NCBI GenBank assembly: GCA_963667845.2
Contig: CAXXVL010000001.1
Span: forward strand, 576,001-640,000
Origin: Smithellaceae bacterium
Lineage (GTDB): Bacteria; Desulfobacterota; Syntrophia; Syntrophales; Smithellaceae
Length of the DNA: 64,000 nucleotides
Direction of reading: 5' to 3'
Shown here piece by piece: positions 57,260 to 64,000 of the stretch. A model generated the notes under the pieces. It made no database searches. It was not told where the DNA came from and saw only the letters and a list, made by a program, of their open reading frames with translations. A program made the position numbers and the translations under genes. Position 1 is the stretch's first letter; the number at the start of each line of letters is the position of its first letter.

Positions 57260-59590
57260 ATGAAAAAAATCAAAAGATATCCATGGATCATTGTGTTGCT
57301 GCTGTTCTTTTCTTTGCAGGGGTTTGCCCAGCCCAATGGTGCGGAAGACCGGACGCTGTCCCCGTATTTTTTTGTTCAGAGCGATGACCCGTCCACGGAT
57401 CGCCTGCCGCTTAAATCAACGGCGGCGGCGGTGACGATTTCCGGTGTCATCGCCGATGTGCTCGTCACCCAGGTCTATAAAAATGACGGCAAAAAGCCGC
57501 TGGAAGCCATCTATGTCTTTCCGGCATCCACAAGAGCCGCTGTGTATGGCATGAAGATGACGATCGGAAAAAGGGTGATCGAAGCGAAAATCAAGAAGCG
57601 GGATGAGGCCCGCCGCGAGTATGAACAGGCGCGCGACGCGGGAAAGAATGCGTCCCTTCTGGAGCAGCAGCGACCCAACGTGTTTCAGATGAACGTCGCC
57701 AATATTATGCCCGGCGACGAGATCAAAGTCGAACTGAGATACACGGAGCTCCTGGTTCCGACGAATCGCGTTTACGAATTTGTTTATCCGACGGTTGTCG
57801 GCCCGCGCTATTCCAATGCCAAAGCGTCGCAGGCGGCGCCATCCGAGCATTGGGTGGAAAATCCCTATCTGCGTCAGGGCGAACTTCCGGCGACGACCTT
57901 TGATATGACCGTCGCCATCAATGCCGGCATGCCTGTCAAAGATTTGATCTGCTCCTCCCATAAGGTGAATGCGGCCTATGAGAGCGCCTCGAAAGTGAAA
58001 GTATCGCTGGATAAGGCCGAAGCGCGCGGCGGCAATCGTGATTATATTCTGCGCTATCGTCTGGACGGGGATAAAATACAAACCGGCCTTTTGCTTTGGG
58101 AGGGCGAAAAGGAAAATTTCTTTCTGCTCATGATGCAGCCGCCGAAAAAGGTCACGAACGCCGTCATTCCGGGGCGGGAGTACATATTTATCGTCGACGT
58201 CTCGGGTTCGATGCATGGTTTTCCGCTTGCCATTTCCAAAAAGCTTCTCGTCTCGCTGATCGGCAATCTGCGTCCGACTGATAAATTCAATGTGCTGCTC
58301 TTTTCGGGCGGCAATACCCTGATGGCGGAAGAGTCTCTGCCGGCAACGCCGGCCAATGTGCAAAGAGCAATCTCGGTGATCGATCATCAGCAGGGCGGCG
58401 GCGGGACGGAGTTACTGCCAGCGCTCCGACGCGCCCTGGCGCTAAAAAAAGATGATGGCGTCGCCCGGACGGTCGTCATTGTTACCGATGGTTATGTGAG
58501 TGTGGAAGAGGAAGCCTTTGATCTGATCCGCAATAATCTGGGCAATGCCAATATGTTCGCCTTCGGCATCGGTTCGAGTGTCAACCGCCACATCATCGAA
58601 GGCATGGCGCATGTCGGCATGGGCGAACCTTTTATCATCACCAGGCCGGATGCGGCTGAAGCGCAGGCCGCGCGTTTCCGCGAGATGATTCAATCCCCCG
58701 TACTCACCGGGGTGAAGGTCGGTTTTGACGGATTCAGCACGTATGACGTGGAACCCGTGGCGATTCCCGATGTGCTGGCGGGGCGGCCGGTTCTGGTTTT
58801 CGGCAAGTGGCGCGGGAATCCTCAAGGGTCGATCAGGCTCTCCGGCACGACCGGTGAAGGCAAGTATTCGCAGACCGTCAAAGTAGCGGACTATAAACCG
58901 TCCCGGGACAATGCCGCCCTCAGGTATCTCTGGGCGCGGCAGCGCATTACGATCCTGTCGGACTACAACAAGCTGCATAGTGACGACAAGCGCATCCGGG
59001 AGGTGACTGATCTGGGTCTCAACTACAATCTGCTCACGGCTTACACCTCGTTTGTCGCCGTCGATAATGAAGTGCGCAATGTGGACGGAAAGCCGACGAC
59101 GGTGAAGCAGCCGTTGCCGCTGCCCGAAGGCGTCTCGGATTACGCAGTTGGCGGGCAGTTGAACTACGCTGCGGTCCCCGCCCCCACAATGTATAAGAGC
59201 ATGCGGACGGGTGACAAGATGGAAAGCCGTCTTTCGAGAGACAAATCAGCCTTGCAGGAAATTCAAACAGCCGGGAAAAAAGACAAAGAACAAAAGATCA
59301 GCATCGTCAGTGTGACGGCAGGCCAGGGTCTGGCGAAAGATGAAATGCTTAAAGTCGTCCGGGACGGATTAAGTGATCTGGAAAAGTGTCTTTCGGGAAA
59401 GAACTTATCCGGAACCATTAAAATCAACCTGACAATCAATGCGGACGGTACCGTAAAGAATGTGGAAATTGCCCAAGGCGTGAGCGATGTGCAATTCCGG
59501 CAGTGTGTCATCCGGTGGATGCGGCTGTTGATTTTTCCGGCCCCGGCAAACGGGCAAACAGTGAGGGCAACTGTCCTTCTTAAAATGTAG
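57260..59590 (+). CDS. Exported VIT + vWA domain protein with TonB-C/AgmX-like C-terminal domain
   Basis: LEAIYVFP VIT, MIDAS DVSGSM, GGGGT, TDG, YTSFVAVD; C-terminal C...INADGTV...C. Confidence 0.9.
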   Translation: MKKIKRYPWIIVLLLFFSLQGFAQPNGAEDRTLSPYFFVQSDDPSTDRLPLKSTAAAVTISGVIADVLVTQVYKNDGKKPLEAIYVFPASTRAAVYGMKMTIGKRVIEAKIKKRDEARREYEQARDAGKNASLLEQQRPNVFQMNVANIMPGDEIKVELRYTELLVPTNRVYEFVYPTVVGPRYSNAKASQAAPSEHWVENPYLRQGELPATTFDMTVAINAGMPVKDLICSSHKVNAAYESASKVKVSLDKAEARGGNRDYILRYRLDGDKIQTGLLLWEGEKENFFLLMMQPPKKVTNAVIPGREYIFIVDVSGSMHGFPLAISKKLLVSLIGNLRPTDKFNVLLFSGGNTLMAEESLPATPANVQRAISVIDHQQGGGGTELLPALRRALALKKDDGVARTVVIVTDGYVSVEEEAFDLIRNNLGNANMFAFGIGSSVNRHIIEGMAHVGMGEPFIITRPDAAEAQAARFREMIQSPVLTGVKVGFDGFSTYDVEPVAIPDVLAGRPVLVFGKWRGNPQGSIRLSGTTGEGKYSQTVKVADYKPSRDNAALRYLWARQRITILSDYNKLHSDDKRIREVTDLGLNYNLLTAYTSFVAVDNEVRNVDGKPTTVKQPLPLPEGVSDYAVGGQLNYAAVPAPTMYKSMRTGDKMESRLSRDKSALQEIQTAGKKDKEQKISIVSVTAGQGLAKDEMLKVVRDGLSDLEKCLSGKNLSGTIKINLTINADGTVKNVEIAQGVSDVQFRQCVIRWMRLLIFPAPANGQTVRATVLLKM

Positions 59591-59747
59591 TCCTCCGGTC
59601 AAGGTCGAGTCTTGAGATGCGGTCCCTTATGTATTTTACGACCCGGCCTTGACCTCCTCCTTGTTCCGGTGGATCCCCCCCCGGAAGTCCAAACCGGCGG
59701 CTCGCCATGAACGGCGGGCTGCCGGCAAGAGGCATACCGGCGAGCGG

Positions 59748-61013
59748 TTATTGCCTGTCGGCACTTGATAGTTCCGTGCGGTAAAAAGTTGCGGCGGCTT
59801 CCTGCTCCAGGGCTACCGATTTTCCGATGTCGGCCATGTTGTCGACGAGCAGTTTGGTGATGCGCGTGTCGCGCATTCCAAGATTGGCCTGCTCCCGGAG
59901 AATCTTCCTGATGGCCTCCTTTTTCATGCCTTTGCGATACGGCCGGTCTTCTGCAATGGCCGTGAACAAATCGGCCACGGCCATGATTCTTGCGCCCTGA
60001 TCGATGACGCCTTCCGGCAATTTGAAGGGATAACCTTTGCCGTCGAGCCGTTCGTGGTGGTAGGCGGCCCAGCCGGCGATGGTTTGGAATCCGGGAATCG
60101 TGTTGAGGATGGCGAAAGTGTGATAGGTATGCTGTTTCACCACGTTCATCTCGGCCGTGGTCAGCCCCGCCGGTTTTTCCAGAATGGCATTCGGAACGAC
60201 CAGCTTGCCCAGATCGTGGAGCAGGCCCGCCACTTCCATCAGGTCGATTTCGGCCCGGGTCATACCGGCGATTTCGGAGAGCAGGGCGACTGATCGGGAA
60301 ACGCCGGCGGAATGGGTTGCTGTAAAAGACGACTTGAAATCGATGACCATGCCCAGAAGCCCGGCGAAGGCTTTAATACCGGTCATGTCCAGTTCAATTT
60401 GCGGCAAGGCGTTTTTTCGGCCAAGCAGTGCATAAAGGCGGGGAGAAGACAGGTCCAGCCAGAATTCCTCGCGTCCGGCCAATTCGCCGAACAGGTCAAC
60501 GATGTCCGGATTAAGCTCTCTGCCGGCAAGCGCCCGCAGCCGATCGAGAAGCCTCTCCACCTGGTTCAGAATATAGACGCCGCGGTCAATGTGCCGCTCC
60601 AGATCGTCCGCCAGATGCAGAATTTGCGCGTCCACGGCAGCAGGAGCGTTGCGGGGCTCCTCCGATGCCGACCAGGCAAGGTGATGGTTTCTGACCAATC
60701 CCGCGCAGGACGCAAGCCAGGGGCTCCTCTGGAAGAGGCGCTCGCCCCGAATGCAATGCCGTTCAAAAGCATAGGTGTCGATGTCATGGACTGCTTTCTT
60801 TTCTTCTATCGAGAGCGCTCCGATGTCATGCAGCAGACCGGCAATAAAGATATTTTCACATCGTTCACGGCTGAGATTTCCCTGTTTTGCCAATTCCCAG
60901 GCAATGAAGGCAACCCGCTGCTGATGCGCGGCAAGCGAAGGGAAAGCCATATCCAGCGCATCTGAAAATGCTAAAACCAGATTCCCCAGATTCACCGATA
61001 CTGTCTCCAGCAT
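59748..61013 (-). CDS. Tandem HD / HD-GYP phosphodiesterase
   Basis: LLHDIG; LLHDLGK, HHERLDGKGYP, DRPYR. Confidence 0.9.
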   Translation of the reverse strand: MLETVSVNLGNLVLAFSDALDMAFPSLAAHQQRVAFIAWELAKQGNLSRERCENIFIAGLLHDIGALSIEEKKAVHDIDTYAFERHCIRGERLFQRSPWLASCAGLVRNHHLAWSASEEPRNAPAAVDAQILHLADDLERHIDRGVYILNQVERLLDRLRALAGRELNPDIVDLFGELAGREEFWLDLSSPRLYALLGRKNALPQIELDMTGIKAFAGLLGMVIDFKSSFTATHSAGVSRSVALLSEIAGMTRAEIDLMEVAGLLHDLGKLVVPNAILEKPAGLTTAEMNVVKQHTYHTFAILNTIPGFQTIAGWAAYHHERLDGKGYPFKLPEGVIDQGARIMAVADLFTAIAEDRPYRKGMKKEAIRKILREQANLGMRDTRITKLLVDNMADIGKSVALEQEAAATFYRTELSSADRQ

Positions 61014-61099
61014 GTTCCTCCGCCCGGTAAGGCAATCAGTTCATCCCGGGTTTACTACCAACCGTGAAAATATCCGGGAACGTCCGCGTCCCCGGTCTC

Positions 61100-61198
61100 A
61101 ATCCCGCTTAAGCGGAACGGGCGTTAATTCTCCGCAGCTTGCTGCGATACAATGACGTTCATTTCATACCTCGACAGATTACTGCGAGGTGTTTGATT
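61100..61198 (+). repeat. Family A repeat, long form
   Basis: AATCCCGCTTAAGCGGAAC..CGCAGCTTGCTGCG..ATTTCATACCTCGACAGATTACTGCGAGGTGTTTGATT. Confidence 0.9.
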
Positions 61199-61200
61199 GT

Positions 61201-61479
61201 CTATTGCTTCACTTTAACCACTTCAAAAAGGATCTCGGGCGCACCGATGACCCCCGCCCGCTCAGACGTCGTCTTGAGGAATTTCGATTCGAAAAACGTG
61301 CGGGCCGTCGCCACGTCGTTCCATTGAAATAAAACTGCGACGTTATTGGGCTTCTTTTCATCGCGGAAGATGCTGGCTCCCTTCGATCCCGACTCCTTCC
61401 TGATTTTTTCCTGCTCATCAAACACTTCTTTCCATTGGGCGTAGTCCTTGACTTTATGATGAACGATAATGTGAACCAT
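61201..61479 (-). CDS. Small dimeric alpha-beta barrel (ABM-like) protein
   Basis: HKVKDY..WK..FD, FRD...PN, W.D...A..F, AGV.G.P. Confidence 0.75.
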   Translation of the reverse strand: MVHIIVHHKVKDYAQWKEVFDEQEKIRKESGSKGASIFRDEKKPNNVAVLFQWNDVATARTFFESKFLKTTSERAGVIGAPEILFEVVKVKQ

Positions 61480-61842
61480 GATCCTTTCTCCTTTCATCTG
61501 TTTTGGGTTTCGTAAACAAATAACGGCCTCGAAAATATAAGCGGCCGGTTTTCACATCGCTTTGAGCCGGAGCGTCGAACTCAAAGATAAAGAACAGCGG
61601 AAAAAAGGTCCCGCCTGCTTATCCGATACCGATGCCAGTTCTCCATATCTTCATAAATAATTAATAAAATTACATTTTTTCCGTCACATGCGCCTTGTTG
61701 CTTAATATAGGTCTCTTTTTTTCAAAGGCAATACGATCCGGTCGACCGGTTACGGCAGACCCTCTGATTTTTCGCAAACTGTTGTTTCTTTGAGACAATT
61801 AATCTGTGTTGCGATGCCCGTTCATTTACAGATAACTATTGC

Positions 61843-61869
61843 TTGACAACTAGACGACCGGTCTATTAT
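61843..61869 (+). promoter_or_regulatory. Sigma-70-like promoter overlapped by a TetR-type operator
   Basis: TTGACA at 61843, palindrome TAGAC-GACCG-GTCTA at 61851-61865, AT-rich -10-like TATTAT. Confidence 0.65.
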
Positions 61870-61885
61870 GAAAGAAAACAATATG

Positions 61886-61985
61886 AATCCCGATCACTTG
61901 GGGGCGAGCGTTAATTCCCTGTCGCTTGCTGCGAAATAATAACGTTCATTTCATACCTCGACAGCTTGCTGCGAGGTGGTTGATT
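61886..61985 (+). repeat. Family A repeat, long form, in the predicted 5' UTR
   Basis: Full three-hairpin version ending GCGAGGTGGTTGATT. Confidence 0.9.
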
Positions 61986-62003
61986 AATTCAAGGAGGCCG
62001 CCG

Positions 62004-63089
62004 ATGAATAATATCTACGAACAACTCAGGGAAATCCTGGATTCTCACCCGTCCACAGCGCCTAAGGGAGAGGCTGTCGGGGAAATTCTGCGCATTCTTT
62101 TTACGCCCGAAGAGGCGGCGGCTGCCGTCAAGATGAGCTTCAAACCGAAAAGTCCGGTCGTCCTTGGCCAGGCGGCAGGTGTGCCCGAAAATGAGATGAT
62201 GGCGCATTTGGAGTCCATGGCCGATAAAGGCATTATTTTTTCCAAGAATAGAGACGGCAAAAAACTCTACGGGCTCGTGCCGCTTATCCCCGGCGTCTTT
62301 GAGTTTCCCTTCATGAAGGGAGGCGGCTCCCCGATGCACGACCGTCTGGCGAGGCTTTGGGAATCCTATCACCATGAAAGCCTGGGTTCGTCTTTTGCCG
62401 GCAACCCGACGCCGATGATGAGGGTTGTCGCTGTGGAAAAATCAGTTACGCCGCAAGATCGCATCCATCCCTATGAAGAAGTCAAACACTTGATTGAAAA
62501 TTCCAATTACATCGCGCTGACGAACTGCGCGTGCCGCGTGAGCGTCGCCAAATGTGATAAACCGAAAGAAGTCTGCCTCATCTTTGAGGGTGTGGGCGAA
62601 TTCCTTGTGGAGCGCGGATTTGCGCGCGAGATCAGCAAAGAAGAAGGGATCAAAGTCCTGGATCAGGCGGAAGCAGCGGGTCTGGTTCATACCAGCAACA
62701 ACAGCGCGGATAAGGCCAGTGTCATCTGCAACTGCTGCCGGTGCTGCTGCACGGTTTTGCGGGGGCGGACGCAGTTGAATCATCCGCACGCCTTTGAACC
62801 CAGCCGCTTTGCGGCCTTTGTGAAAAGCGATGATTGCCTCGCGTGCGGGGTCTGCGCGGACGAACGCTGTCCGATGCAGGCGATTGAGGTCGGGGAAGAT
62901 GCTGCCCTGGTTCATGAAGAGAAGTGCATCGGCTGTGGATTGTGTGTTTCCACGTGTCCGTCAGGCGTCATGGGCCTGATCGAGCGCAAGCAGATTCCGT
63001 CTGTTCCGGCGACAACCCAGGACATGGCGCTTAAAGTCCTGGAAGAGAAGGGCAGGCTGGATGCTTTCATGAAGGTCATGATGAGTTAG
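62004..63089 (+). CDS. Multi-[4Fe-4S] cluster protein
   Basis: RBS AGGAGG; CACR, GLVH, ICNCCRCCC and two ferredoxin C..C..C...CP motifs. Confidence 0.88.
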   Translation: MNNIYEQLREILDSHPSTAPKGEAVGEILRILFTPEEAAAAVKMSFKPKSPVVLGQAAGVPENEMMAHLESMADKGIIFSKNRDGKKLYGLVPLIPGVFEFPFMKGGGSPMHDRLARLWESYHHESLGSSFAGNPTPMMRVVAVEKSVTPQDRIHPYEEVKHLIENSNYIALTNCACRVSVAKCDKPKEVCLIFEGVGEFLVERGFAREISKEEGIKVLDQAEAAGLVHTSNNSADKASVICNCCRCCCTVLRGRTQLNHPHAFEPSRFAAFVKSDDCLACGVCADERCPMQAIEVGEDAALVHEEKCIGCGLCVSTCPSGVMGLIERKQIPSVPATTQDMALKVLEEKGRLDAFMKVMMS

Positions 63090-63099
63090 GAAAAAGCGA

Positions 63100-63708
63100 A
63101 TGAACACGACGACGAGAACAAGCACCCGTGACGAGATCATCCGCAAGGGAGCCCAGCTGATCCATGCCCGGGGCTATAAGGCTACGGGCATTCAGCAGAT
63201 TCTGGATGCCGCGGGGATTCCCAAAGGGTCGTTTTATTTTTATTTCAAAAGCAAGGATGATTTCGGCTCGGCGGTGATTGATTACTTTGCCTTGACCATC
63301 GGTGAATTGTTCACCGGTCATTTGCGTGATGACCGGAAAACGCCGCTGGATCGTCTGAGTAAGCTTTTGGACTACTATGAGTCGGCATTCCGGAAGAGCG
63401 GTGCGACGCTCGGTTGTCCGATCGGCAATTTGTCGCTGGAGCTGGCCGATGCCAATGAGGCTCTGCGCAAACGCCTGCAGGCCGCCGTGGAAGGATTTGT
63501 CACCCAGATTGAATCGTGCCTTTCGGAAGCCAAATCCTGCCGCCAGCTGCCCTCGGAATTTAATACGGCGGACTCGGCTCGCCTTATTTTTCATGGACTG
63601 GAAGGCGCAATTCTGCATATGAAGGTTTCCAGGAGCATTGAGCCGCTCAGGGCGTTTCGCCGTTACTTGAACATCTACCTGGCAGGGGGTTGTAAAGAAG
63701 ATGCATGA
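63100..63708 (+). CDS. TetR family regulator (NemR-like)
   Basis: GYKATGI..IL...GIPKGSFYFYFKSK; GCPIGNL..E. Confidence 0.92.
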   Translation: MNTTTRTSTRDEIIRKGAQLIHARGYKATGIQQILDAAGIPKGSFYFYFKSKDDFGSAVIDYFALTIGELFTGHLRDDRKTPLDRLSKLLDYYESAFRKSGATLGCPIGNLSLELADANEALRKRLQAAVEGFVTQIESCLSEAKSCRQLPSEFNTADSARLIFHGLEGAILHMKVSRSIEPLRAFRRYLNIYLAGGCKEDA

Positions 63709-64000
63709 ATTGCCGATTACGGAGAGTATTTTGAAAATTGTGCTCGCTCACGCGGAAAAAAACGATGTCCGGCGGGTGATGGTTATTCATCTGCGCATCG
63801 GGAAGCTGAGCGACCTGGAAGATGAATGGATGCAAAGATATTTTGATTACGTGAGCCGCGATACAATAGCCGCGGGCGCAAAGCTTAAGATCGAACGGTC
63901 GCCGGTGATGCTGCAATGCAATGCCTGCGCCGAATCCTACCCGGTGGAGGTCGCCGACATGAAAGACACCGTCTGCCCCGCCTGCGGCGGAAAAGATGCT
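63701..64000 (+). CDS. hypA: Nickel metallochaperone HypA, cut by window edge
   Basis: Read from the sequence: MHELPITESIL...IG.LS...CNAC...CPACG. Confidence 0.92.
   Translation, partial: MHELPITESILKIVLAHAEKNDVRRVMVIHLRIGKLSDLEDEWMQRYFDYVSRDTIAAGAKLKIERSPVMLQCNACAESYPVEVADMKDTVCPACGGKDA

Noticed and set aside
1..64000. tRNA, rRNA, known riboswitches, transposase or integrase genes, prophage
   Set aside because: No cloverleaf/T-loop signatures, rRNA-like stretches, or DDE, HUH or tyrosine-recombinase ORFs were recognised; a covariance-model scan would be needed to exclude small RNAs.

Overview
Bacterial chromosomal window (about 55% GC by eye in core genes). Gene content (alternative siroheme-dependent Ahb heme pathway, ADP-forming acyl-CoA ligase, Fe-S flavoprotein, HypA) suggests an anaerobic Desulfobacterota/Syntrophales-like organism; this is inference only. 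About 1-23 kb is an accessory copper/acid/envelope-stress region: Met-rich secreted protein, CusRS-like pair, P3A H+-ATPase, CPA1 antiporter, CPH-type P1B ATPase, M16 peptidase, Pal, DegQ, Usp, SHOCT protein and DUF302. About 23.4-33.2 kb is a heme operon (sirC, ccsA, hemA, hemC, cobA-hemD, ahbC, hemB, ahbD, ahbA). The rest holds polA, uvrC, mntP, recQ, a PlpD-like protein, lipid enzymes, VIT-vWA, HD-GYP and a TetR-controlled Fe-S/hypA operon. No rRNA, tRNA, CRISPR array, transposase or integrase was found. The most striking signal is non-coding. Two stand-alone ~95-aa GIY-YIG nuclease genes are each bracketed by their own family of inverted (C/T)GTCA-tagged hairpin repeats, and one is also flanked by nuclease-less 72-bp doublets. 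This is a REP/RAYT-like layout built around a GIY-YIG nuclease instead of an HUH transposase. Other repeats: a nine-copy modular palindromic repeat, ~125-bp MITEs, and a 16-36-bp micro-insert that lands inside the other repeats without target duplication. A low-GC HEPN-like gene has integron-cassette-like ends.
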